DNA from: a bacterium
GTDB taxonomy: Bacteria; Desulfobacterota; Binatia; DP-6
Assembly: GCA_026129405.1 (NCBI GenBank)
Contig: JAHCID010000003.1
Coordinates: 59,257 to 123,256, forward strand
Direction: 5' to 3'
DNA: 64,000 nt
Positions within the stretch are counted from its first letter, which is position 1, and every line of letters begins with the position of its first letter. Of the stretch, positions 1-8,537 are shown one piece after another. The position numbers and the translations under genes are program-made. Below the pieces are notes generated by a model. That model was not told the origin of the DNA. It saw only the letters and a program-made list of their open reading frames with translations, and made no database searches.

Positions 1-899
1 TTGCACCGCTGGCGCCGAGCGTGCGCCCGTTCGGTGTCGTGCTCGACGGCGGCAGGCTCGGCGCGGACGTCACGATCGAGTACGCGACGGCGAAGACGGT
101 GGTCGACGTGCGGGACGTCACCGTCGACGGCGCGAAGGTCGACTACGTGCAGGCGACCGCCAAGGACGAGGAGCGGCTCGACGCCGCGAAGCGCGCCGCG
201 ACCGTCGCCGAGGCGGCGCCGCCGGTACAGATCGACGTGCAGCAGGCCCGCCTGCGCGGCGCGACGCTCGGCTTCGCCGATCACACCGTGGAGCCGCCGT
301 TCCGCCTCTTCGTCGCGGGCACCGACGTCACGGTGAAGGGCTTCAGCAACCGGAAGTCCGACCGTAAGGGAACGGCGAGCCTGCGCGGGCGCTTCATGGA
401 CAGCGGGCCGCTGTCGATCGACGCCACCTTCGCGTCGGGTGCGAAGCGCCCCGAGTTCACGCTCGCGCTGCGCCTCGAGCGCGTCGATCTGGTGCGGCTG
501 AACGACCTCCTGCGGGCGCGCGCCGACCTCGACGTGAACCGCGGCGAGATGTCCTTCTACACCGAGCTCGCGGTCCGCGACGGCCGCGTGGAAGGGTACG
601 CGAAGCCGCTGTTCGCCGACCTCGACATCTACGACTCCGAGCAGGACGCGGACGACAGCATCTTCCAGAAGGCGTGGGAGGCGATGGCGGGAGCCGCCGC
701 GACCGTGCTCCAGAACCGGCCGCGCGACGAGGTGGCGACGCGCGCCGACCTCTCCGGCCCGGTCGAGGATCCGAACGCGAGCACCTTCCAGATCGTCGTC
801 GGCCTGCTCCGCAACGCCTTCTTCAACGCCATCCTGCCGGGTCTCGATCCCGAGCGACGGCAGGGCGATCGCGGCACGGGAGGCGCGTCGCACGGCTGA
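1..899 (+). CDS. AsmA/DUF748-like outer-membrane biogenesis protein, C-terminal fragment (5' end lies outside the window)
   Basis: ORF 21..899 is open to the window start. The periodic hydrophilic beta-like sequence (VDVRDVTVDGAKVDYVQATA..., DLDVNRGEMSFYTELAVRDGRVEGYAKPLFADLDIYD) resembles the C-terminal regions of the AsmA/DUF748 family. High GC3. Confidence 0.45.
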   Translation, partial: APLAPSVRPFGVVLDGGRLGADVTIEYATAKTVVDVRDVTVDGAKVDYVQATAKDEERLDAAKRAATVAEAAPPVQIDVQQARLRGATLGFADHTVEPPFRLFVAGTDVTVKGFSNRKSDRKGTASLRGRFMDSGPLSIDATFASGAKRPEFTLALRLERVDLVRLNDLLRARADLDVNRGEMSFYTELAVRDGRVEGYAKPLFADLDIYDSEQDADDSIFQKAWEAMAGAAATVLQNRPRDEVATRADLSGPVEDPNASTFQIVVGLLRNAFFNAILPGLDPERRQGDRGTGGASHG

Positions 900-1252
900 G
901 AGAATTCGTTGCCGCAGCGGATCCGCGGTGCGACACCCCGCGGCCCGCAGATGGTCGCTCCCGCCCTCGCCCGCAGCAGGGCGCAGCCGTGCCCGCCGGG
1001 CAGCTTCGCGCTCGAGGTGACGACGACCACGACGACGCCGGCGACCACGAGCACCACCCTGGTCGCGGCGACGTCTCGACCAGCCGTACGCGGCGCTGCT
1101 CGCCATCGGCGAGGGCGAGATGAAGGCGCCGGATCCGAGCCACCCCGCCCACTTCTACGGCAGCCGCGTGCTGATCCGGCACGGGGTGCCGGACCCCGAC
1201 GACTACGAGTACCTGGACCTCACCGTCACCTGGGACATCCGGCGGCGGTGGG

Positions 1253-2734
1253 TCAGGCCGTGCGGGGCGCCCCCCGGCGGCTCGGGTCGTCGGGCTGGTC
1301 GATGGCGTCGGTCCACAGCGCCGTCGCCGAGCGCCCCTCGGCCTGCGCCTGCTCCTCGAGGCTCGTGCGGACGTGGAGCAGGAGGTCGCCGAGGTGGTCG
1401 CGGGTGGCGTTGAGCGGAACGAGAAGGTCGCCGAGGGCCGCGCGGTCGCCGAGCGCGCCGGCGGCGTAGCGCTCGAGGACGTCGCTCTTCAGCGTCAGCA
1501 CCTCCTGCTGGAGGTCGACGAGCGGCTCCAGCGCGAGCGTCGCGGACAGCTCGAGCTCGGTGAGCCGCCGCTCGACGTCGGCCATGCGCCGCAGGTGAGT
1601 GGCGAACTCCTCGTCGCGCGCCGCCTGGCGGCGCTGGCGCCACCACTGCCACAGGAAGATGCTGCCGCCCGCGATCGCCCCGAGGACGCTGAACGTGTTG
1701 CCGAGCGTGTCGACGGTGTTCTCGGTGATGAACGGCTTGTCGCGGCGCAGGTACTCGATGGTGCCGTCGTGGCGTGGAAGCCGCGAGGGGAGGGCGAGCA
1801 GGCTCGGATCGAGCGGCGGCTGTGCGAGCCGGGCGACGTCGGCGCTGAACAGCGTCTCGAGCACGAGCTCGACCGTCTCGGGCGGCACCGACTCGTGCGC
1901 GACGAGGTTCAGGCGCGCGCCGATCGTCGGCAGCGGCTCGGCCGGGACGGGCGGCTGGCGCCGGTAGGTGAACGCCGGGATGACCGTGCCGGTCACGTGC
2001 TGGCGCTCGACGCTGGGCGTGGCCGGTCCGGGCTCGCTCGCGGCGAGCACCGCGTTCAGGCGGAACGCCTCGGCGAACGGGAGCGGGATCAGGCGGTAGT
2101 CGAAGCCGCGCACCAGCTCGAGCGCGAGCTCCGAGGGCAGGGTCGCGAGCAGCACCGTCGCGTCGGGCAGGGCGGCACGGTCGCCCGCGGCGATGAGGCG
2201 CTCGAGGTCGCCGAGGTCGATGTTGCGCGGCACGTAGCCGCTCTCGCCCGGCGTCGCGCCGGCGAACGCCAGCACGGCGGTGGCGAGGCCGGCGGTCGTC
2301 GAGCCGGGCGCGCCGAGGTCGACGACGTGCCCGCGCAGCCCTGCGAACCCGCCGGCGACGTCGTCGGCGAGCTCGGCCTTCACGAGGAAATGCACCGCCT
2401 CCATGTAGAGCGGCGTGACCTCGCGTACGTGCGGCACCTTGCCGGCACGGTAGGCTTCGGAGACGAGCGCGAAGTCGACGCGGCCCGCGTCGACGGCGTC
2501 GAGCTGGGTGTGTGCCTCGGGCATCGCCACGAGGCGCGCGGCGACGCCGCGCGCCTCGAGCGCATGCAGGATGGTGCGCGCGACGAGGGCGCGCGTGGTC
2601 CCGAGCGGGCCGGCCGTCAACGTGATGCGATGCACCGGCGGGCGGCGGTTCGCGATCAGCGTCACGGCCGCGAGCGCCATCGCGCCCAGGCCGAGCAGGA
2701 GCAGCACCCAGCTGCGCCGACGTCGCTCCATCAT
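1253..2734 (-). CDS. TAXI-family (TRAP-associated) periplasmic solute-binding protein-like, with N-terminal signal/anchor and C-terminal TM plus coiled-coil
   Basis: 493-aa ORF. N-terminal hydrophobic segment (WVLLLLGLGAMALAAVTLIA), then a binding-protein-like fold region (RVDFALVSEAYRAG..., TPLYMEAVHFLVK). A C-terminal TM (GAIAGGSIFLWQWW) is followed by a charged coiled-coil tail. Confidence 0.5.
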   Translation of the reverse strand: MMERRRRSWVLLLLGLGAMALAAVTLIANRRPPVHRITLTAGPLGTTRALVARTILHALEARGVAARLVAMPEAHTQLDAVDAGRVDFALVSEAYRAGKVPHVREVTPLYMEAVHFLVKAELADDVAGGFAGLRGHVVDLGAPGSTTAGLATAVLAFAGATPGESGYVPRNIDLGDLERLIAAGDRAALPDATVLLATLPSELALELVRGFDYRLIPLPFAEAFRLNAVLAASEPGPATPSVERQHVTGTVIPAFTYRRQPPVPAEPLPTIGARLNLVAHESVPPETVELVLETLFSADVARLAQPPLDPSLLALPSRLPRHDGTIEYLRRDKPFITENTVDTLGNTFSVLGAIAGGSIFLWQWWRQRRQAARDEEFATHLRRMADVERRLTELELSATLALEPLVDLQQEVLTLKSDVLERYAAGALGDRAALGDLLVPLNATRDHLGDLLLHVRTSLEEQAQAEGRSATALWTDAIDQPDDPSRRGAPRTA

Positions 2735-2947
2735 CCACCTCCCGCGCCGCGGTCGCCTACCATAACCCGGCCAGCGACCATGGTCGGGGCGCTGGCGCTT
2801 AATGGCAAGAGGCCCGCGGGGGCCGGTGCTATCCGAGCGCCGTCACGGGCGTGGTCGCGACCGTGACCAACGGTCGACGCGCGCGACGCCCGGAGGGCAC
2901 GCCGGTCTCGACCAGCAACGTATGGATCAGGCGAAAAGGAGAGTACG

Positions 2948-3383
2948 GATGCGACGAATCCTGGGAATGATGGCGGTGGTGGCGCTGGGTCTCGCGCTGG
3001 GCGTGGCGCAGGCCGAGGACAAGACGCCGGACGGCACCCTGAAGCTCGAAGGCGGCTCCATCGCGGCCGGCATCGGTCTCAGCTGGGGCAAGGGAACCCT
3101 TACCTACAAGGGCAAGGAGTACCCGGTCGAGGTGAAAGGGCTCTCCGTGGGCGACGTGGGCATCACCTCCATCGAGGCCTCCGGCAAGGTCTACAACCTC
3201 CAGAGCATCGGCGACTTCGACGGCAACTACACGGCCGTGGCCGCGGGCGCGACGGTGGCCGGCGGCGGCGCCATCAGCGCCATGCGCAACCAGGCGGGCG
3301 TGACGGTCGAGCTGGTGTCGACCACGCAGGGCATCAAGTTCGCCCTCGGGGGCGCCGGCGTCGACATGAAGATCAAGGAGTGA
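2948..3383 (+). CDS. small secreted Gly/Ala-rich protein (signal peptide), unknown function
   Basis: ATG at 2948 is preceded by aggag. Signal peptide MRRILGMMAVVALGLALGVAQA. The mature sequence is beta-strand-like (GTLTYKGKEYPVEVKGLSVGDVGITSIEASGKVYNLQSIGDF). The longer track ORF starting at 2802 has a poor N-terminus. Confidence 0.5.
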
Positions 3384-3396
3384 GGCGGTCGGCGAT

Positions 3397-3414
3397 CCGG
3401 GCCTGCCGGCCCGG
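3397..3414. terminator. GC-rich hairpin (7-bp stem ccgggcc/ggcccgg, 4-nt loop) 14 nt after the stop of the small secreted protein gene; no U-tract
   Basis: Read directly: ccgggcc tgcc ggcccgg. It could be a terminator-like or regulatory stem. Confidence 0.2.
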
Positions 3415-3634
3415 GTCGCCGACGGCGATCTCCCGCCTGCGTGCGCCGCGCCAACGCCCTTGGAGGGCCGCGACGCATGGTGTAGCAGAGCTCGGCGGTC
3501 CCCCGGTCGGATGTCCAGGGCGGGCCGCGAGCGGGGATCGAGCCTGTGCATGACGTGAGACCACGAGTCCCGGGCCAAACGCGGCGGCCGTCCTCTCGAC
3601 GGCGCGACGGCGTCCCCGGCCGAGCGTCGTCGCG

Positions 3635-4702
3635 GTGAGCGGCGAAGCCCGGGCGTCCGCGCCCGATGCGTCCGCGTCGCTCGCCGCGACGCCCGATGCG
3701 CCCGCGGTGGTCGCCGGCATCCGCCGGCTCGCGGTCCCGGGCTTCGCCCTCGGGGTGGCGTTGTTCACGGCGCTCCTCGTGCACGAGGGCGTCGGCGAGG
3801 TGCTCGCCGCGCTCGCCGTCGGCGGCTGGGGGCTCGTCGGCGTGGCGCTGTTCCACGTGGCGCCGATGGCGGCCGACGCCGCCGGCTGGCGCGCCCTGCT
3901 CGCCGCACCCGATCGGCCCGGGTTGGGCACGATGTTCTTCGCCCGCTGGGTCGGCGAGTCCGTGAACGGGCTCCTGCCCGCGATGCAGATCGGCGGCAAC
4001 GTCGCCAAGGCGCGCGTGCTCGTGCGCCGCGGCATGCCCGGGGCGACCGCGGGGGCGAGCGTGGTCGTCGACGTGACGCTGGTCATGGTGACGCAGATCG
4101 TCTTCACCGTCACCGGCCTCGTCCTTCTGCTGCTGCACGTCGGCGGGCGGACGATCGCGCCCACCGCAGCCGTCGGCCTCGGGCTCTCCGTGCTCGCGCT
4201 CGCGGGGTTCGTGCTGGCGCAGCGGCTCGGCGTCTTTGCGCGCGGCGCGCGCCTCTTGACCCGGGTCCGCGGCCCGAGCCCGCTCGCGGGCCTGGTCGAC
4301 GACGCCGTGGCGCTCGACGGGCGCGTCGCCGGGCTCTATCGCGAGCGCGGGCGGGTGGTCGCGGCGGCGGCATGGCACCTCGCGAGCTGGGCCGTCGGCG
4401 TCGGCGAGGTGTGGCTGGCGCTGTGGCTCCTCGGCCACCCGGTCGACCTGCTCTCGGCGATCATCCTCGAGAGCCTGGCGCAGGCCATCCGCGGCGCCGC
4501 GTTCGCGGTGCCTGCGGCGCTCGGCGTGCAGGAGGGCGGCCTCCTGCTCCTCGGCGCCGCGCTCGGCATCGCGCCGGACACCGCGCTCGCGCTGTCGCTG
4601 ACCAAGCGCGTGCGCGAGCTGACCCTCGGGCTGCCGGGGCTCGTCGCCTGGCAGCTGGACTGGACAGTGGATCGCCGCCGCGTCGGTGCGCGCTCGGCGT
4701 GA
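3635..4702 (+). CDS. UPF0104 / lysylphosphatidylglycerol-synthase-TM (flippase-like, HpnL-like) integral membrane protein
   Basis: 355 aa, about 8 predicted TM helices. Conserved features of the LPG_synthase_TM family (FFARWVGESVNGLLPAMQIGGNVAKARVL; AFAVPAALGVQEGGLLL). Confidence 0.6.
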   Translation: MSGEARASAPDASASLAATPDAPAVVAGIRRLAVPGFALGVALFTALLVHEGVGEVLAALAVGGWGLVGVALFHVAPMAADAAGWRALLAAPDRPGLGTMFFARWVGESVNGLLPAMQIGGNVAKARVLVRRGMPGATAGASVVVDVTLVMVTQIVFTVTGLVLLLLHVGGRTIAPTAAVGLGLSVLALAGFVLAQRLGVFARGARLLTRVRGPSPLAGLVDDAVALDGRVAGLYRERGRVVAAAAWHLASWAVGVGEVWLALWLLGHPVDLLSAIILESLAQAIRGAAFAVPAALGVQEGGLLLLGAALGIAPDTALALSLTKRVRELTLGLPGLVAWQLDWTVDRRRVGARSA

Positions 4703-4712
4703 TGGAGGATCG

Positions 4713-5942
4713 ATGAGCTCGCCCATCTCCCCGCTCGGCTCGCTCACGCGGGCGTTCAACAGGGGCGGTCGCGTGATCCAGCGCACGGGCGTCTCGCTGA
4801 TACGGCTCGAGCCCGAGGCGCTGCTCGACGAGGCGCGGCGTCGGGCCCGGCTCGAGGACTTCGACGAGGACGGCTTCCGCGAGGCGTTCCGGCGCGTCGT
4901 CCACTCGTTCGACCGCGAGGCGGGGCTGACGCTGCTCGGGCGCATCGCGGCGCGCCAGGATCTGCTGCGCCTGCTGAAGAGCCGCCTGCAGCTGGTCGAC
5001 GATCGCCGCCGCCATCCGGACATCGCGGCGGAGAGCGTGCGCCGGCCGATCTTCGTCACCGGCCTCCCGCGCACCGGCACGACGCTGCTGCACGGGCTCC
5101 TCGCCCAGGACCCCGCCAGCCGCGCACCGCTGCACTGGGAGAGCGTCTTCCCGTCGCCGCCGGACCGCTCCCGCGCGCGCGTGCGCCGGCGCATCGACGC
5201 CGCCGCGCGCCAGCTGCGCTGGTTCCACCGGCTGAACCCCGACATCCGGCGCATGCATCCCCTCGGCGCGACCCTGCCCGAGGAGTGCCTCATCATCACG
5301 AGCCACGCGTTCCTGAGCTACCAGTTCCAGACCTCGCACCACGTGCCGTCGTACCAGGCGTGGCTCGAGACCCAGGACCTGGTGCTCTGCTACGCCTGGC
5401 ACCGCCGCTTCCTCCAGCACCTCCAGTGGCGCGGCCGCGGCGAGCGCTGGGTGCTGAAGGCCCCGGCGCACCTCTTCGGCATCCCGGCGCTGTTCGCGAC
5501 CTATCCCGACGCCGCCGTGGTGTTCACGCATCGCGATCCCACCGAGGTGGCGGCGTCGCTCGCGAGCCTCACGACCTTCCTGCGCCGCACCTTCAGCGAC
5601 CAGGTCGATCCGCGCGCGGTGGGCACGGAGATGACGGCGCGCTGGGCGCGCGGCATCTACAAGGCGCTCGCGGACCGCGACGCCGGCTGTGCGCCCGCGG
5701 GGCAGTTCCTCGACGTGCGCTACACCGACCTCGTGCGCGATCCGATCGGCACCGTGCGCCACCTGTACGCGCACTTCGACATGCCGTTCACCGCCGTCGC
5801 CGAGGAGCGCATGCGCCGCTTCTTGGCCGCGAATCCCAAGGACAAGAACGGCCGCCACGTCTACACGCTCGGCGACTTCGGCCTCGACGCCGACGCCGAG
5901 CGGGCGCGCTACCGCGCCTATCTGGAGCGCTTCGGGCTCTAG
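4713..5942 (+). CDS. P-loop sulfotransferase family protein (PAPS-dependent)
   Basis: ATG 4713 follows ggagg. The 5'-PSB P-loop is PIFVTGLPRTGTTLLHGLL. A later segment reads RWVLKAPAHLFGIPALFATYPDAAVVFTHRDP. Typical Sulfotransfer_3-like architecture. Confidence 0.7.
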   Translation: MSSPISPLGSLTRAFNRGGRVIQRTGVSLIRLEPEALLDEARRRARLEDFDEDGFREAFRRVVHSFDREAGLTLLGRIAARQDLLRLLKSRLQLVDDRRRHPDIAAESVRRPIFVTGLPRTGTTLLHGLLAQDPASRAPLHWESVFPSPPDRSRARVRRRIDAAARQLRWFHRLNPDIRRMHPLGATLPEECLIITSHAFLSYQFQTSHHVPSYQAWLETQDLVLCYAWHRRFLQHLQWRGRGERWVLKAPAHLFGIPALFATYPDAAVVFTHRDPTEVAASLASLTTFLRRTFSDQVDPRAVGTEMTARWARGIYKALADRDAGCAPAGQFLDVRYTDLVRDPIGTVRHLYAHFDMPFTAVAEERMRRFLAANPKDKNGRHVYTLGDFGLDADAERARYRAYLERFGL

Positions 5943-7462
5943 CCGGCCTGGCACACGAGCGGCAGCTCGCGTGCCAGGTCGTGCCGCATCACCGCGTCCA
6001 GCAGCGCGAGCAGCTCGTCGCGCACGCGCACGCAGCCCGGGTCCGCCCAGCGGTTCACGAGCTCGCCCGGGTCCTCGCGCAGGTCGTAGAGCTCGCCGCC
6101 GTGCGGGTCGTGGACGCTCCTCGTGAGGCGGTGGGTGCGCGTCGTCAGGGTGCGGAACGCCATCGCGCCGCGCAGGATGTCGTCCTCGGTGAGGGCCCAC
6201 TCGCGCGGGCCGTCGAGCAGGCGGCGTCCCTCGACGGCCGCCGGGATGGGCAGCCCGCAGGCGTGCAGGATGGTCGGCGCGAGGTCGATGGTGCCGACCG
6301 GATCGGTCACCACGGCGCCGGGCGCGAAGCCCCGCCCGCGCACGAGGAGCGGCACGCGCAGCAGCGCCTCGTAGTGGATCGGGCCCTTCAGCATGAGCTG
6401 GTGCTCGCCGAGGAAGTCGCCGTGGTCGGCGGTGAAGAGGACGAGGGTGTCGTCGGCGAGCCCGCGGGCGGCGAGGGCGTCCAGGACGCGGCCGACGTTG
6501 TGGTCGAGGTGCGCCACCATGCCGTAGTAGGCGGCGAGGAGGCCGAGGCGCTCCGTCTCGGTGAGCCGCGCCCATCCGGGGTTCACCCACGCGAGCGGCG
6601 TGCCGCCGAAGCCCTCGGACCAGGTGCGGTGGAACATCGGCTTGCCGTCGAGCTCGGTCGGGTGCGCGCGCGGCAGCACCGGGAGCATGTCGGCCGGCTC
6701 GTAGCGGTCGCACCACGGGTGCGGCGGGTCGAAGGGATGGTGCGGGTCGGCGAAGCTGACCCAGCCGAAGAACGGCGGCTCGACGCCGCCGAGCCAGTCG
6801 ATCGCGCGGTCGGCGATCCAGGTGGTGTGATGGTCCTCGTCGGCGAGCGCGCTCTTCCACGTCTGGGTGTGGTCCCAGGTCGCGCCCGCCGCCTCGGGCT
6901 GCATGGCGCGGAGGCGCGCGACGCCGCGCGCGTGGCCGTCGCGGAAGAGATGGCGCCCGTAGTGGTGGCCGAGCGGCGGCGGGCCGAAGCCCCAGTTCCA
7001 GCGTCCCATCTCCGGCGCGAGCCGAATGTTGTGTACGTCGCTCACCAGCTCGACGTGGCGAAAGCCGAAGTACGGCCCCTGCCAGTCCGCGGGCAGGCGC
7101 GCGGAGTCGACCACCGACTCGACGCGGCCGCTCGGCAGATCGGGCCAGTACGACGCGAAATGCGCCTTGCCGAACAGCGCCGTGGCGAAGCCGGCCGCGC
7201 CGAGGCGGGTGGCGATCGAGTCGGCCTCGGCGTCGAGCGGCAGGTCCATGCCGTTGCGGATGACGCCGTGGGTGCTGGGATAGGTGCCGGTCAGGATCGT
7301 CGCGCGCGCCGGCTGGCAGAACGGGTTCTGCGTGCGGCACTGCGCGAAGCGCGTGCCGGCGGCGGCGAGCCGATCGAGGGCGGGCGTGGCGCCGAGGGGA
7401 TCGCCGTAGGAGCCGAGGGTGGTCGCCTTGTGCTGGTCGGTGGTGACGAGGAGGACGTTCAT
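5939..7462 (-). CDS. Cys-type sulfatase (arylsulfatase family)
   Basis: MNVLLVTTDQHKATTLGSYGDP is followed by the formylglycine motif C-Q-P-A-R (FCQPARATILTG) and metal-binding and catalytic segments (LFTADHGDFLGEH...GPIHYEALLRVPLLV). Its stop overlaps the convergent sulfotransferase stop. The real start is an internal Met of track ORF 5939..8440. Confidence 0.8.
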   Translation of the reverse strand: MNVLLVTTDQHKATTLGSYGDPLGATPALDRLAAAGTRFAQCRTQNPFCQPARATILTGTYPSTHGVIRNGMDLPLDAEADSIATRLGAAGFATALFGKAHFASYWPDLPSGRVESVVDSARLPADWQGPYFGFRHVELVSDVHNIRLAPEMGRWNWGFGPPPLGHHYGRHLFRDGHARGVARLRAMQPEAAGATWDHTQTWKSALADEDHHTTWIADRAIDWLGGVEPPFFGWVSFADPHHPFDPPHPWCDRYEPADMLPVLPRAHPTELDGKPMFHRTWSEGFGGTPLAWVNPGWARLTETERLGLLAAYYGMVAHLDHNVGRVLDALAARGLADDTLVLFTADHGDFLGEHQLMLKGPIHYEALLRVPLLVRGRGFAPGAVVTDPVGTIDLAPTILHACGLPIPAAVEGRRLLDGPREWALTEDDILRGAMAFRTLTTRTHRLTRSVHDPHGGELYDLREDPGELVNRWADPGCVRVRDELLALLDAVMRHDLARELPLVCQAG

Positions 7463-8172
7463 GGCCACGCGGACGGCGTCTCGCGGCCGAGGACCGGGCG
7501 CGCCGCCGCGAGGCGCGTGGCCGTCCAGATCGCGAACAGCGGCGCCCCGATCGCGGCCGCGGCGACGAACGGCTCGAGGTTCCCCGACCAGGTCACCGGC
7601 GCGACGAGGTAGAGGATGTCCTCGATCTCGAACGGACCGGCCGCGGGCTGGTCGAGCGCCGAGCGGCCCAGGCGCCGCGCCAGCTCCGAGCGGAGCAGGA
7701 AGATGGTCACGAACGAGATGCCGGCGACGAGGCCGAGGACGCCCGCCCAGCCGCCGAACAAGCCGTGGCGCATCCCGAATCCCATGCCCGCGAACACGGA
7801 CACCTTGACCACGAGGTCGGCGACGCGGTCGTAGACGTGGCCCAGCGGCGACGTCTTGCCGGTCATGCGGGCGAGCTCGCCGTCGGCATGGTCGAGCAGC
7901 GCGGAGAGGACGAACAGCGCGGCGCCCACGTGGGCCCAGCCGCCGCCCACGGCGAACGCCGCCGCGGCGGCGAGCCCGGTGCAGAGGCCGACGCTGGTCA
8001 GCTGGTTCGGCGTCACCGCCGTGTCGCGCAGCGGGCGGACGAGGGCGTTGGCGATGCGGCTGTCCCAGGGCTTCGTCGACGAGCTCACCTCGGAGCGCGT
8101 AGCGCATCCCGGGGGGCGCGTCCACGCGCGCGGACGTTGCATCCCGCGTGGCGTCGGCATACGCGTCGCCAC
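7459..8172 (-). CDS. CDP-alcohol phosphatidyltransferase family protein
   Basis: Signature D-x2-DG-x2-AR...G-x3-D-x3-D (DHADGELARMTGKTSPLGHVYDRVADLV), about 5 TM helices. Its stop overlaps the sulfatase ATG (ATGA), implying co-transcription. The true start within the ORF is uncertain. Confidence 0.6.
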   Translation of the reverse strand: MATRMPTPRGMQRPRAWTRPPGCATRSEVSSSTKPWDSRIANALVRPLRDTAVTPNQLTSVGLCTGLAAAAAFAVGGGWAHVGAALFVLSALLDHADGELARMTGKTSPLGHVYDRVADLVVKVSVFAGMGFGMRHGLFGGWAGVLGLVAGISFVTIFLLRSELARRLGRSALDQPAAGPFEIEDILYLVAPVTWSGNLEPFVAAAAIGAPLFAIWTATRLAAARPVLGRETPSAWP

Positions 8173-8174
8173 CG

Positions 8175-8534
8175 ATGCGACCCCTGTCGTGGCTCCTCGC
8201 CCTCTGCATGCTGGCGACGCCGGGCCTCGTCGCTGCGCACGCGGTGCTGACCGGCACCTCGATCGAGGGCGACCGCATTCCCGCCGGCGCCGAGACCACC
8301 GTCGTGCTCCGCTTCAACTCCGCCATCGAGCCGGCGCTGTCGTGCGTGGCCCTGGTCGACGCGCAGAAGGCGGAGCGCGTGCTGGCGTTGCACCCGGGCG
8401 CGGAGCCGGGACGGGTCGAGGTGACCGTGCCGGCGCTCACGCCGGGGGCGTACGGCCTGCACTACAAGATCTTCGCGGTCGACGGTCACGTGACCGAGAA
8501 CGTCGTGCGCTTCACGGCGGCGCCCGCCGACTGA
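8175..8534 (+). CDS. copC: CopC-family periplasmic copper-binding protein
   Basis: Signal peptide MRPLSWLLALCMLATPGLVAA, then a mature N-terminal His (HAVLTGTSIEGD...) and a cupredoxin-like beta sequence ending HYKIFAVDGHVTENVVRF. Confidence 0.65.
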   Translation: MRPLSWLLALCMLATPGLVAAHAVLTGTSIEGDRIPAGAETTVVLRFNSAIEPALSCVALVDAQKAERVLALHPGAEPGRVEVTVPALTPGAYGLHYKIFAVDGHVTENVVRFTAAPAD

Positions 8535-8537
8535 GCC

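Noticed and set aside
5939-7462. Treating the three downstream sulfatase-like paralogs (49354..54681) as the same enzyme class as this true sulfatase
   Set aside because: This protein has the canonical C-Q-P-A-R formylglycine motif. The trio has Thr and no Arg at the equivalent positions, so they are annotated separately as sulfatase-like phospho-transferase/hydrolase candidates.
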